A stretch of 64,000 bases of DNA. It comes from Bacilli bacterium (lineage in GTDB: Bacteria; Bacillota_I; Bacilli_A; RF39; UBA660). Of this stretch, positions 10,606 to 21,186 are shown piece after piece (the stretch's first letter is position 1; the number at the start of each line of letters is the position of its first letter). Below the pieces are notes generated by a model that saw only the letters and a program-made list of their open reading frames with translations, was not told the DNA's origin and ran no database searches. Position numbers and translations under genes: made by a program. Location of the stretch: contig JAFQTN010000005.1 in the NCBI GenBank assembly GCA_017409025.1, positions 12,650 through 76,649 on the forward strand, read 5' to 3'.

Positions 10606-11250
10606 ATGAAAAAAATAATATTAATATTATTTCTTTTTCTATCTTGTTACTTAATATATAACTTAACAGAAGACAATAACATATCTTGCCTAGTCCTAGG
10701 TGATAAAATTGGCGATAATATCTACATAAAAGAAAATGAACTAATAACAGAGTATAATAATACTTATGTAAATAAAGACTATCGAATCATAGATTTAATA
10801 AATATAATTAAATATAATGAAGAATTAGAAGTAAATAATAATGAAATATCTATTCACAGATTAATGAAAAATACAGACATACTAGTACTATCAATTGGAA
10901 TGAATGACATATATTCTAAACTAAATGACAATATCAAAGATATCTATACTTATATGAATAATATGGTAAATAATATGGAAACACTTTTATCACTAATAAA
11001 TAAATATAACTATAAAGAAGTGATAGTCCTAGGATACTATAATATTACTAATAAAAATAATGATATCTTCACATACCTAAACTATAAAATGAAAAAAATT
11101 GTAGAAAAAAACAACTCCACATATATAGAATTAAATAATATCTTAAAAAACAATCCAAAATTTTATGAAAATAGTAATAATTTCAATCTAAATAGTAATG
11201 GATATAGTAAAATAAATGAAATAATAGTTGAAAATTTAAAAAAATACTGA
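10606..11250 (+). CDS. Membrane-anchored SGNH/GDSL-like protein, catalytic residues apparently degenerate
   Basis: Block I reads GDKIG (Ser to Lys). Block III SIGMNDI is present. Block V reads NLNSNGY instead of DxxHPNxxGY. Confidence 0.45.
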   Translation: MKKIILILFLFLSCYLIYNLTEDNNISCLVLGDKIGDNIYIKENELITEYNNTYVNKDYRIIDLINIIKYNEELEVNNNEISIHRLMKNTDILVLSIGMNDIYSKLNDNIKDIYTYMNNMVNNMETLLSLINKYNYKEVIVLGYYNITNKNNDIFTYLNYKMKKIVEKNNSTYIELNNILKNNPKFYENSNNFNLNSNGYSKINEIIVENLKKY

Positions 11251-11310
11251 TATAATATCAAATGTATTTATTACTATGACTTGTATTAGTCATGGCGAAA
11301 GGAGAATAGT

Positions 11311-11523
11311 ATGAAGAAAAATATACATCCAAATTATGTTGAAGCTACTGTAACATGTGCATGTGGGAATACTTTCACAACTAAGTCTACTAACAAAGAG
11401 ATAACTGTTGAAGTATGTTCTGCATGTCATCCATTCTATACAGGAACACAAAATACTACTACTAGAAAAGGACAAGTAGAGAAATTTAATAAAAAATATG
11501 GATTTAAAGAAGAGAACAAATAG
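11311..11523 (+). CDS. rpmE: 50S ribosomal protein L31 (Zn-binding type)
   Basis: MKKNIHPNY..., CxC...CxxCHPFYTG. Terminator hairpin at about 11511-11535. Confidence 0.95.
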   Translation: MKKNIHPNYVEATVTCACGNTFTTKSTNKEITVEVCSACHPFYTGTQNTTTRKGQVEKFNKKYGFKEENK

Positions 11524-11630
11524 TTCTCGTTTTTCTTTGTCAAAAATATGTCAAAATTTCTAAATGTATTGACTTTAATTAATAACTGAAATAATATTTA
11601 ATTAGATAACTATATGAAAGGATTGATAAA

Positions 11631-12074
11631 ATGAATATAGGTATAACTAATGATCACAGAGGAGTAGAAGTAAAACAATTTTTGACAGAATATTTAACTA
11701 GATTGGGATACAATGTAATAGATTATGGAACTGACAGTGAAGAACCAGCAGATTTTCCAGATTATGCTAAAAAGTTAGGATTAGGAATATTATCAAAAGA
11801 AGTTGACTTAGGTATCGCTATTTGTGGAACAGGTATTGGAATGAGTATTGCCCTAAATAAAATGAAAGGTATATATTGTGCTAAAGTATCAAATCAAAGT
11901 GAAGCAGCACTATGTAAAGCCCACAATGATGCCAATACTATCGCTATATCTGAAGAAATGGATAGAGAACTAATGAAAGAAGTAATAAAAACTTTTACAG
12001 AAACACCATTTTCTAATATAGATAGATATAAAAATAGAAATAATAAAATTAAGGATATAGAAAATAATGTATAA
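11631..12074 (+). CDS. rpiB: Ribose-5-phosphate isomerase B
   Basis: RpiB/LacAB family pattern: DHRG, ICGTGIGMSIALNK. Confidence 0.9.
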   Translation: MNIGITNDHRGVEVKQFLTEYLTRLGYNVIDYGTDSEEPADFPDYAKKLGLGILSKEVDLGIAICGTGIGMSIALNKMKGIYCAKVSNQSEAALCKAHNDANTIAISEEMDRELMKEVIKTFTETPFSNIDRYKNRNNKIKDIENNV

Positions 12075-12255
12075 TTTATTATTATATTCAATTATCTTAG
12101 TAATAGTAATTTGGACTATGGACGGAGTAAATATTAATGCTATCTTCAAAAAAAATAGAATCTATCAAGCAAGAGTATTCTATATAATGATAGTTTTTAG
12201 CATAACTTATCTAGTCACAAATTTTATAATAGATTTTATAAACTGTTTAAAATAA
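12067..12255 (+). CDS. Small two-TM membrane protein (DUF1146/YwzB-like)
   Basis: 62 aa with two hydrophobic segments. Its position next to spoIID resembles the B. subtilis ywzB neighbourhood. Confidence 0.45.
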   Translation: MYNLLLYSIILVIVIWTMDGVNINAIFKKNRIYQARVFYIMIVFSITYLVTNFIIDFINCLK

Positions 12256-12286
12256 TAAGGAAGTATGAATTAAGAAAAGAGGTTAT

Positions 12287-13210
12287 ATGAAGAAAATAAT
12301 AATCTTTATAACAGTATTAATTTTTATTCCTTTTTTTATTGTCATAATATACAATAAAAATTATAAAGAAATAGAATTAAAGTATATTAGTACTACTTAT
12401 ATAAGAGTGAAAAAATTAAAAGATGATACTATCAAAAAAATTCCTTTAGAAGAATATATTGTCGGAGTTTTAGCTGGAGAAATGCCTATAAGTTTTGAAT
12501 TAGAAGCATTAAAAGCCCAAGCTGTTGCATCTCGAAGTTATGCTTTAAAAAGAATTGAGTATAATAAAGATAAAGAATATGATGTCGTAGACAGCGTTAT
12601 GAATCAAGTATATTTAGATGAAGAACATTTAAAAGAAGCCTGGGGAATTAATTATGTTAAAAATATTAACAAATTAAGAACCGCAGTTAATGAAACCTTA
12701 GATGAATATTTAGAACATAACGGTTCCATCGCAGATGCATTATTTTTCTCAACTAGTAATGGTTATACCGAAGATAGTCAAAATATTTTTAATTTTGATT
12801 GTAATTATTTAAAAAGTGTAGAAAGCCCATGGGATAAAGATGTGTCTAGTGCATACAAATATCAAAAAGCAATGAAATTAACAGAATTTTATAAAAAAAT
12901 AAACATTCCATATAGTAAAAATTTAAATATTGAAATATTAAAAAGAAGTACTACTAACAGAATACTTCTTTTAAAAATAAATAATGTAGAATTTAAAGGA
13001 ACTGATCTATATAATAAATTATCTCTAAGATCTACTGACTTTGAAATAGAACTTCTTGGTGAAGAAGTAAAAATAACTACTAAAGGATATGGACATGGAG
13101 TAGGAATGAGTCAATATGGAGCGCTAGGTATGGCTCTAGAAGGATATAGTTATGAAGAAATATTAAAACACTATTATAAAGATACTGAAATAACAAAATT
13201 AAAAAATTAA
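12287..13210 (+). CDS. spoIID: Stage II sporulation protein D (lytic transglycosylase)
   Basis: SpoIID/LytB domain: EEYIVGVLAGEMP...EALKAQAVASRSYAL, and GHGVGMSQYGA. Confidence 0.9.
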   Translation: MKKIIIFITVLIFIPFFIVIIYNKNYKEIELKYISTTYIRVKKLKDDTIKKIPLEEYIVGVLAGEMPISFELEALKAQAVASRSYALKRIEYNKDKEYDVVDSVMNQVYLDEEHLKEAWGINYVKNINKLRTAVNETLDEYLEHNGSIADALFFSTSNGYTEDSQNIFNFDCNYLKSVESPWDKDVSSAYKYQKAMKLTEFYKKINIPYSKNLNIEILKRSTTNRILLLKINNVEFKGTDLYNKLSLRSTDFEIELLGEEVKITTKGYGHGVGMSQYGALGMALEGYSYEEILKHYYKDTEITKLKN

Positions 13211-13256
13211 GGTATATAAAGTTAATTTTTGTTAAAACTTATAATAGGTGATTGAA

Positions 13257-13892
13257 ATGATTAAAACAAATTTAAAGAATTTAACTGTTCCTGCTATCTA
13301 TACATTAGCTTTATTAGTATTTGGAACAAGTATGTACTTAATTCAAAAAGCAGTAAATAATCAAACATTTGAAGATAACACGAATATGGAGTATGTAGAT
13401 AAAGAAATAGTAAATGATAATATATATATTCCTGTAGTAAGCCAAACTAACATTATAATTAAACCATATATAAATGAAGAAGTAAGTGTAAGTAAAACAT
13501 TTTATGATTATATGGGAGAATCAGCTAGTCAAGAAAATTCTATAATCTATTATGAAAATACATATATGCAAAATTCTGGTATAGATTATAAACACACAGA
13601 AATGTTTGAAGTGGTAGCTATATTAGATGGTACAGTAATTGAAGTAACAAATAATGAAATATTAGGTCAAACTATTAAAATAAGACATGAAAATGATTTA
13701 ATTAGCACATACCAAAGCCTAGAAGATTTAAACGTTAAAGTAGATGATACTATAGTAAGAGGTCAAGTAATTGCTACAAGTGGCTCATGTTCACTTTATA
13801 GTAGTGATTACAACCTACATTTTGAATTAACTCATCAAGGAAAAAATGTTAACCCAGAAGAATATTATGAAAAAACAACTGACGAATTATAG
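13257..13892 (+). CDS. SpoIIQ-like LytM (M23) domain protein
   Basis: N-terminal TM segment and a C-terminal LytM fold (IKIRHENDLISTYQSL, NLHFELTH). Motif 1 is degenerate (NSGIDY). Clostridial-type spoIID-spoIIQ-spoIIID-mbl order. AGGTGA RBS before the ATG at 13257. Confidence 0.6.
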   Translation: MIKTNLKNLTVPAIYTLALLVFGTSMYLIQKAVNNQTFEDNTNMEYVDKEIVNDNIYIPVVSQTNIIIKPYINEEVSVSKTFYDYMGESASQENSIIYYENTYMQNSGIDYKHTEMFEVVAILDGTVIEVTNNEILGQTIKIRHENDLISTYQSLEDLNVKVDDTIVRGQVIATSGSCSLYSSDYNLHFELTHQGKNVNPEEYYEKTTDEL

Positions 13893-13940
13893 GCATATGC
13901 CTTTTTTTCTCTAATATAATTTACTAAAGGGGTAATAACA

Positions 13941-14204
13941 TTGAATAGATATATCGTAAAAAGAGTTCTTGAGGTAGCTAATCATATATTAGATACTAAA
14001 GAAACTATAAGAGAAACAGCTAAAAAGTTTAATATAAGCAAAAGTACAGTTCATAAAGATTTACAAGAAAGATTAAGTCAAATAGACATAAATAAGTATA
14101 ATATGGTAAAGAAAATAATGAATGAACACATAGAAACAAGACATATAAAAGGTGGAGAATCAACTAGACAATTATTTCTAAGAAAAAGGCAAGTTACACT
14201 ATAA
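13941..14204 (+). CDS. spoIIID: Sporulation transcriptional regulator SpoIIID
   Basis: HTH TIRETAKKFNISKSTVHKDL, 87 aa, TTG start, located upstream of mbl. Confidence 0.9.
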   Translation: MNRYIVKRVLEVANHILDTKETIRETAKKFNISKSTVHKDLQERLSQIDINKYNMVKKIMNEHIETRHIKGGESTRQLFLRKRQVTL

Positions 14205-14249
14205 AAAACTGTAAATATATGGTAAAATATACATAGAAAGGGTGATAAT

Positions 14250-15239
14250 ATGTTCAACAAAGATATTGGAATAGATTTAGGAACAGCAAACGTTCTAATA
14301 TACATCAAAGGACAAGGTATAGTACTAAACGAACCTAGTGTCGTAGCAATAGATTCTGATACTAAAAGACCTCTTGCCGTAGGATCAGAAGCAAGAGAAA
14401 TGCTAGGAAGAACACCCGGTAAAGTAAAAGCTATCAAACCAATGAAAGATGGTGTAATTGCTGACTTTGAAACAACAGGTATTATGCTAAATTATTTTAT
14501 AAAAAAAGTAAATGGAAAAAGTTTTTTTCAAAGACCAAGAATATTAATATGTTGTCCATCAAATATAACACAAGTAGAAAAAAATGCTATTAAAGAGGCT
14601 GCTGAAAGAACAGGCGCTAGAAAAGTATTTCTAGAAGAAGAACCAAAAGTAGCTGCCGTAGGTGCCGGAATGGACATTTCAAAACCATCAGGAAACATGG
14701 TAATAGATATTGGCGGAGGTACAACAGATATTGCTATCTTATCTTTAGGTGGAATCGTAGAAAGTGCTTCTATTAGAATCGCTGGAAATGCCTTTGATAA
14801 TGATATTATTAAATACATTAAAGATAAATATAAACTTCTAGTCGGGGAACGTACTGCCGAAGATATAAAAATAACAATTGGTACAGTCTTCCCAGGAAGT
14901 AGAAATGAAAAAATGGAAGTAAGAGGAAGAGACTTAGTTACAGGACTTCCACATACAATCACATTAACTAGTGAAGAAGTAGAAGAAGGACTAAGAGAAA
15001 GTGTTTATACAATAATAAATGCCGCTAAGGGAATCCTAGAACAAACACCTCCAGAACTATCAGCTGATATTATAGATAAAGGAATAGTATTGACAGGTGG
15101 CGGATCACTAGTAGATGGATTTAGTCAAATATTAGCACAAGAATTAAAAGTTCCTGTATTTACTGCTGAAAGCCCATTAACATGTGTAGCAGAAGGAACG
15201 GGTATTCTTTTAGATAATATTCATTTAGTAGACAACTAA
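14250..15239 (+). CDS. mbl: Rod shape-determining actin homolog MreB/Mbl
   Basis: IGIDLGTANVLIY, DIGGGTTDIA, and GIVLTGGGSL motifs. Confidence 0.9.
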   Translation: MFNKDIGIDLGTANVLIYIKGQGIVLNEPSVVAIDSDTKRPLAVGSEAREMLGRTPGKVKAIKPMKDGVIADFETTGIMLNYFIKKVNGKSFFQRPRILICCPSNITQVEKNAIKEAAERTGARKVFLEEEPKVAAVGAGMDISKPSGNMVIDIGGGTTDIAILSLGGIVESASIRIAGNAFDNDIIKYIKDKYKLLVGERTAEDIKITIGTVFPGSRNEKMEVRGRDLVTGLPHTITLTSEEVEEGLRESVYTIINAAKGILEQTPPELSADIIDKGIVLTGGGSLVDGFSQILAQELKVPVFTAESPLTCVAEGTGILLDNIHLVDN

Positions 15240-15276
15240 AAAAGTAATGGTTAATCAATAAAACCATTACTTTTTA
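15238..15276. terminator. Bidirectional rho-independent terminator between convergent genes
   Basis: AGTAATGGTT...AACCATTACT hairpin flanked by an A-run and a T-run. Confidence 0.7.
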
Positions 15277-15685
15277 ATTTCTTTTCAATTTTCTCAGTAC
15301 TTGCATTACCATTAATTCTATTAGCAACTGTTGTTTCTTCACCATTCTTTAAAAACACTGTAACAGGAGTTCCATCAAATCCTATATATGATTCAAAAGT
15401 TTTCTCCTCTTCAGCAGTTAATAAATCTACATCGATATAGTATATATCAAGTTTATATTTATTTGCAACTTTTTCTAATTTAGGCTTATAACTAGCGCAA
15501 TGACTACAAGTAGTTTGACTAATAAGTAAAATAACATCTTCCTTATTTTGTATCTTATTCATTAAATCTTCATATTTAATTTCGTTAAGATAAGTCTTAC
15601 TCATAATCTTATCGCCAATAAAAGCACCTACAAGAATAACCAAACAAATACTTACCAATATAATTACTTTTTTCTTTATGCTCAT
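15251..15685 (-). CDS. Membrane-anchored thioredoxin-fold protein
   Basis: N-terminal TM segment, CSHC redox motif, and a GTPT cis-Pro region. Confidence 0.75.
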   Translation of the reverse strand: MSIKKKVIILVSICLVILVGAFIGDKIMSKTYLNEIKYEDLMNKIQNKEDVILLISQTTCSHCASYKPKLEKVANKYKLDIYYIDVDLLTAEEEKTFESYIGFDGTPVTVFLKNGEETTVANRINGNASTEKIEKKLKSNGFID

Positions 15686-15739
15686 AACATCACCTATAAA
15701 TATAATAACATTTAATAAGTAATTTGTCTATCTTTACTA

Positions 15740-16285
15740 TTAACTACTGAAATAATCTTCCAATAAAAGATTATTTTTATATAAATATTCAGCTATATCA
15801 CCAACATATCTATAGTGCCAAGGTTCATAATTATATCCTGTCCTATCTTCCATATTTTTAGGATATCTCAAAATAAATCCATATTTATGTGAATTATTAA
15901 TTAACCAATTAATTTCTTCACTATCTTCAACTTCATGTTCAATATAACATTTATCTCCTTTATATATACATATATCTATTGCAAGACCAGTTTGATGCTC
16001 TGATGTACCAGGCTTAGCGATACTTCTAAAAGTATAAGCAAACCCTTTTTCCTTAAGTAACTTATTATAAATTGCCTCCTGATACATATAATCTCTATAA
16101 CCACTCATAATATCTATATTATATCCTAACTTTTTAGCATCTTCTCGCATTAAATTAAATTGTTTCAATACCAATTTATTAATTAATATACCATCCCTAT
16201 AACTACTAAGAGCATCTACTAAATCATCTGGTATATAGGATTTATCTAATGTATTATCTTTATTAACTAAAATCTTATAATCCAT
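15740..16285 (-). CDS. D-alanyl-D-alanine carboxypeptidase, VanY/M15B family
   Basis: SGYR, SEHQTGLAID and EPWHYRY motifs. Confidence 0.85.
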   Translation of the reverse strand: MDYKILVNKDNTLDKSYIPDDLVDALSSYRDGILINKLVLKQFNLMREDAKKLGYNIDIMSGYRDYMYQEAIYNKLLKEKGFAYTFRSIAKPGTSEHQTGLAIDICIYKGDKCYIEHEVEDSEEINWLINNSHKYGFILRYPKNMEDRTGYNYEPWHYRYVGDIAEYLYKNNLLLEDYFSS

Positions 16286-16380
16286 AAATTCACCTATGAT
16301 ATTATATTCTAAATTGTAAAATAGGTACTAAATGTAAAAAAGAAGAACATTCAATAGAATAAATTCTTCTTTTTTGTATA

Positions 16381-18474
16381 TTAAACTTTTGTTAAGCTCT
16401 TATGATTTTTCATCATTTTCTTAACTCCATATGGGTGTGGGAAAGCAATAGTAACAATTGATTTATCAACCATGATTACAACACCATCACCAAAGTCTGG
16501 ATGATTAACATGGTCTCCTGCTTCAAAAGATACATCTTCTTTTCTAAATATATCTTCTTTAGAGAAATTGATTACTTTATCAACAAGAGTAGTTTTATTG
16601 TTTTCTATATCCAAATATTTACTATCAATTTCATCCATAAATCTACTAGGCATATTAATTTGCGTATTACCAAATAACATTCTCTTCTTAGCATTTAACA
16701 TCCATAAATTTTTTCTAGCCCTAGTAATAGCAACATAACAAAGTCTTCTTTCCTCTTCGATAGCAGCCATTGTTCCTTCATTAATTGAATTATAATGAGG
16801 AAATATCCCTTCTTCCATTCCAATAACAAAAACATTGTCAAACTCTAGTCCTTTAACGGCATGTATTGTCATTAAATTAACCTTATTATTTCCATCTTGA
16901 TGTTCAGATACATCACTTACTAAAGATATTTCATTCAAAAAATCCGTTAAAGAAATTACTCCATATTCTTCTTCGTAACTTTTAGTAATGGATTTAAATT
17001 CCTCTAAGTTCTCAAGTCTTATTTCAGATTCTAAACTCTTGTCACTTACTAAATCTTCTTTTAAACCACTATCATTTAAGACAATTTCAACCATATCAGT
17101 AAGTGTTGCATTCTCACACTTATCACGCATACTTAAAACTAATTCTTTAAACTTTAATTCTTTACCACTATCTATTGATTCAAATAATGATGTTCCATTT
17201 ATATTAGCAACATTAGCTAAATTCTCTAATGTCTTATCACCAATACCTCTTTTAGGAGTATTAATAACTCTAAGTAAACTAACATCATCGTCTTGATTAT
17301 TAATTAATCTTAAATAACAAAGTAAATCTTTAATTTCTTTTCTATTATAGAAATAAAAACTACCAATAATCTTATAAGGAATACCATTCTTTAACATCTC
17401 TTCTTCAATAAGTCTAGATTGTGCATTAGTTCTATATAATATAGCAATATCTTCATAATTAACATTATTATCATGTAATTCTTTAATAGTCTTAGAAACA
17501 TAACTACATTCATCTTTGTCACTATCAGTCTTTATATATTTAACCTTACTACCTATATCATTATTACACCATAAATTCTTATCTTTTCTTTGCTTATTAT
17601 GTTTAATAACACTATTCGCAGCATCCAAAATATTTTGAGTAGACCTATAATTTTCTTCAAGTAGAATAACCTTACAATCAGCATAATCCTTCTCAAAATT
17701 TAAAATATTCTTAAAATTAGCCCCTCTAAAAGCATATATTGCCTGATCATTATCCCCAACGACAAATATATTTTTATGATTATTACATAACATCTTACTA
17801 AATATATATTGTGCTTCATTAGTATCTTGATACTCATCGATTAAAACATATTTATATTTTTCTTGATAATATTTTAACGTATCAGGATATTCCTTAAATA
17901 ATTTAATAGGTAATAAAAGTAAATCATCAAAATCAACAGAATTGTTGATAACTAATTTCTTATTATATCTCTCATATACTTGAATAATATTTTGATCGAA
18001 TTCTAACTTAGCATATTGACTAGGACTCATAAGTTCATTTTTAGCAGAACTAATCTTATTCCTAATCTCTCTAGCGTTATAAAATTTAGGATTTAAATTC
18101 ATCTCTTTCATTATCTTTTTAACTACAGTCAAAGTATCATCACTATCTAAAATAACAAAATTACTCTTATATCCTAATTTACTATAATTTTCTTTTAATA
18201 ATCTTAAGCCTAATGAATGAAATGTAGATATTTGTATAGAACTAGCCTCAGGCCCTATAAGTTTAAAAACTCTTTCTTTCATCTCTTTAGCAGCCTTATT
18301 AGTAAAAGTTATAGCCAATATATTCTCTGGCATTATTCCATTCTCAATTAAATAAGCAATTCTATTAGTTAAAACTCTAGTCTTACCAGACCCAGCACCA
18401 GCTAAAACTAACATCGGTCCATTAATATGAGTAACCGCTTCTCTTTGTTCTTTATTTAATCCATTTAAGTCCAT
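16381..18474 (-). CDS. pcrA: ATP-dependent DNA helicase PcrA (UvrD family)
   Basis: AGAGSGKT Walker A, DEYQDT, and YRS..I motifs. GGAGG RBS supports the start at 18474. Confidence 0.92.
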   Translation of the reverse strand: MDLNGLNKEQREAVTHINGPMLVLAGAGSGKTRVLTNRIAYLIENGIMPENILAITFTNKAAKEMKERVFKLIGPEASSIQISTFHSLGLRLLKENYSKLGYKSNFVILDSDDTLTVVKKIMKEMNLNPKFYNAREIRNKISSAKNELMSPSQYAKLEFDQNIIQVYERYNKKLVINNSVDFDDLLLLPIKLFKEYPDTLKYYQEKYKYVLIDEYQDTNEAQYIFSKMLCNNHKNIFVVGDNDQAIYAFRGANFKNILNFEKDYADCKVILLEENYRSTQNILDAANSVIKHNKQRKDKNLWCNNDIGSKVKYIKTDSDKDECSYVSKTIKELHDNNVNYEDIAILYRTNAQSRLIEEEMLKNGIPYKIIGSFYFYNRKEIKDLLCYLRLINNQDDDVSLLRVINTPKRGIGDKTLENLANVANINGTSLFESIDSGKELKFKELVLSMRDKCENATLTDMVEIVLNDSGLKEDLVSDKSLESEIRLENLEEFKSITKSYEEEYGVISLTDFLNEISLVSDVSEHQDGNNKVNLMTIHAVKGLEFDNVFVIGMEEGIFPHYNSINEGTMAAIEEERRLCYVAITRARKNLWMLNAKKRMLFGNTQINMPSRFMDEIDSKYLDIENNKTTLVDKVINFSKEDIFRKEDVSFEAGDHVNHPDFGDGVVIMVDKSIVTIAFPHPYGVKKMMKNHKSLTKV

Positions 18475-18601
18475 ACTTCCTCCTTGTACCTTCATTAATA
18501 ATTATACCATAAAAGAAAAGTATTTAAGACAAATATTATTGACTGAGATAAATAATTTCTATATAATTAACTTATAATTAATAAAAGAAAGAAGGTATAT
18601 A

Positions 18602-19441
18602 ATGACAAACATAAAACCATTTATGAAAAGGACTATAGCTTATGCAATAGATACAATTATAATATTAGCAGTATCATCACTAATATCAAGTATTCCATTT
18701 CTAAATAAAGGTATGGATGACTATCAAAAAACATACGATGAATACGAAGAAGAATATAATAAATATTCAGAATATCTTACTCTATTAGATAAATCATATA
18801 AAGATGAAGAAATAACTGAAGAAGAGTATACTAAATTAACAGAATCAACTGAATATAAAGGAATAATAGAAACTAAATATGAAGATAAAAAACTATCTCA
18901 AGATGAATATGATGATGCAGTGGAAGAAATAAATGAAGAATTTGATAAAATAGCTAAAGACTATGTATACATCTTAAGTAAAAAAGGAATCTCTAATTCA
19001 ATAATAACTCTAGTGTGTACTTTATTATATTTTGGAGTAATTCAATATTTCTTAAAAGGAGAAACTATTGGTAAAAAGATATTTAAATTAAAAGTAATAT
19101 CTGCAAATAATAAAAAATTAAATATCTTTAATTATCTTTTTAGATCATTAATAGTAAATGATATCTTATTAAATACCATTGGAATATTATTCTTAGCATT
19201 TGCCACTAAAACAGTATATCTAAAAGCAGATTCTCTAATAACAACTTTAGTGAGCGTAGTTGAAGCAGTAATAATTTTCTTAGTTCTTACTAGAGAAGAT
19301 CAAAGAGGATTACATGATTTATTGTTTAATACTAAAGTAATTTCTACTATAGAAAGTAATAAAGAAGATAATAAGATAATTGAAGTAGATATTGAAGAAA
19401 AAGAGGTAAAAAATGTCAAATCAAAAAGAAAAAAACAGTAA
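18602..19441 (+). CDS. RDD-family membrane protein with an acidic coiled insert
   Basis: RTIAYAIDTIIIL N-terminal segment and a C-terminal RGLHDLLFNTKVI motif. Confidence 0.7.
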   Translation: MTNIKPFMKRTIAYAIDTIIILAVSSLISSIPFLNKGMDDYQKTYDEYEEEYNKYSEYLTLLDKSYKDEEITEEEYTKLTESTEYKGIIETKYEDKKLSQDEYDDAVEEINEEFDKIAKDYVYILSKKGISNSIITLVCTLLYFGVIQYFLKGETIGKKIFKLKVISANNKKLNIFNYLFRSLIVNDILLNTIGILFLAFATKTVYLKADSLITTLVSVVEAVIIFLVLTREDQRGLHDLLFNTKVISTIESNKEDNKIIEVDIEEKEVKNVKSKRKKQ

Positions 19442-19850
19442 TATCAAAGACAAAATCGAAGATTTAAAAGAGAAAACTGAAGAAATATTAAAAGATGTCA
19501 AAGATAGTAGCAAGAAATTTGATAAAAAAGATATCGAGGAAAATAAAGCAATGGCTGCATTATGTTACATAATTGCACCAATACCATATTTTGTTGAAAC
19601 AAAAAGTAAATGGGTTCATTATCACGCTATACAAGGGATGAATTTATTTATCATATTTATCATTTTAAGCCTAGCTGTATCCGTAATTAATTCACTAATA
19701 CTATGGCCATTTATATTTATAAAAGTTGTTTTAAGAACAGTGTTACATGTATTCATTACGATTTTTGCAGTAATAGGAATAATAAATGTTTGTAATGGTG
19801 AAGCAAAAGAACTACCATTAATAAATAAATTCAAAATAATAAAAAAATAA
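19413..19850 (+). CDS. DUF4870-like membrane protein
   Basis: AALCYIIAPIPYFVE...HYHAIQG motif. Overlaps the upstream gene and has an AAGAGGT RBS. Confidence 0.6.
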   Translation: MSNQKEKNSNIKDKIEDLKEKTEEILKDVKDSSKKFDKKDIEENKAMAALCYIIAPIPYFVETKSKWVHYHAIQGMNLFIIFIILSLAVSVINSLILWPFIFIKVVLRTVLHVFITIFAVIGIINVCNGEAKELPLINKFKIIKK

Positions 19851-19878
19851 ATCTTTCCAAAAGGAAAGATTTTTATAT

Positions 19879-20196
19879 CTAACTATTTAAATCACTAATT
19901 TCTTGATTTAACATTTGAATTTTACTACTAATTTTCTGAGTTTCGGCCTTTTCTAAACTATACCATCCTTTACGAAACATAAGTTCATAAACTTTTCTTT
20001 GTAATTTAATATAATTATCAAACATTGACTTATAATTATTATATAAATTTTCATTACTAGCTTCAGTTAAACTAACTGAATAACTTTTTACCATTTCTTT
20101 TAAAGAACTTAATAAACAATTAATATAATCTTTATCATTTAAACTTTTACCAGTAGGTACTTCTGTTTTAGTATTACTAATTTTATTATTATCCAT
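19879..20196 (-). CDS. Spore coat protein, CotF-domain
   Basis: Coat_F-like pattern: DKDYINCLLSSLKEMVKSYSVSLTEASNENL... Confidence 0.7.
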   Translation of the reverse strand: MDNNKISNTKTEVPTGKSLNDKDYINCLLSSLKEMVKSYSVSLTEASNENLYNNYKSMFDNYIKLQRKVYELMFRKGWYSLEKAETQKISSKIQMLNQEISDLNS

Positions 20197-20410
20197 TATT
20201 CACCTCATCGTTTAAAATACTTATTATAGAATTCATATTATTGTAAAACATTTCTGAAGCTCTTGTTAACATATCCTTAATTTCAATATCGCTAACACTA
20301 TTAATAGCATTAAATGTACTTTTATATGCACCATAATTCCAATTAAACATATCACTTAAATAATCTAAATCTTTACAACTAATCATCTTAGGGACATTAG
20401 TGTATTCCAT
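20189..20410 (-). CDS. Small CotF-like/unknown spore coat-associated protein
   Basis: Overlaps and is co-oriented with the CotF-like gene. GGAGGA RBS before the ATG at 20410. Confidence 0.45.
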   Translation of the reverse strand: MEYTNVPKMISCKDLDYLSDMFNWNYGAYKSTFNAINSVSDIEIKDMLTRASEMFYNNMNSIISILNDEVNNG

Positions 20411-20527
20411 TATTATCATCCTCCATAAATATTATTTCCAAATAACTAAATAATATACAAGGCAAAAATTATTATTGATTTATAATAAAAATAATGATAA
20501 TATATAAAACAATTAAGGAGTGATAGA

Positions 20528-21076
20528 ATGAAAATATTTACAGAAAATAAAGTATATGTTCAAAAAAATGATATCGCATATTTAAATCAAACAGATCTTC
20601 CTATTCCTGCATCAATATTTATGAAAGTTTTTGGACAAGGTGTAGTAATTATAGATGATAGGAATAGATATGAATTTATGGAATTCACTAAGCCTGAAGA
20701 AATAGATTTTTTTAAAAAACTAGATTGGATAATAGATTATAACGAAGTTAAAGAGTTAACAGAAGAAGAATTAATCGAATTAGGAAAATGTGTGGCCGAT
20801 AAAATGAATGTCCTAGCAAAGAAATATAATGTCATGACTCCTTCACAAAGAGAAAAAAATCAAAATATGATATTTGAACATGAACTTCTAGAATTCAAAA
20901 TGCATTCATTAAAAGATATAATTTTATTTAAAAGAGGGGATTTAAAAATAAAATTACCTAAAGATGTATCAAAATCAATTATAGAAATATCTTCTGATAC
21001 ACCACAAAGCATAGAAAGAAAAAATAATGGCCCTAGATTATTTAGAAGTATATTCAACAGAAGAAAAAGAAAGTAA
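20528..21076 (+). CDS. Hypothetical protein with a basic C-terminal tail
   Basis: Long ORF with an AAGGAG RBS. No family recognised. Confidence 0.5.
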   Translation: MKIFTENKVYVQKNDIAYLNQTDLPIPASIFMKVFGQGVVIIDDRNRYEFMEFTKPEEIDFFKKLDWIIDYNEVKELTEEELIELGKCVADKMNVLAKKYNVMTPSQREKNQNMIFEHELLEFKMHSLKDIILFKRGDLKIKLPKDVSKSIIEISSDTPQSIERKNNGPRLFRSIFNRRKRK

Positions 21077-21186
21077 AACTATATTTAAAAAGTCATCAAT
21101 GTTTTATTTAAAATTAAAACAGTTGGCTTTTAAATTTATGATATTAAAATAAAATATTTGTGTTAAAATAATAATAGGGTGATGAA

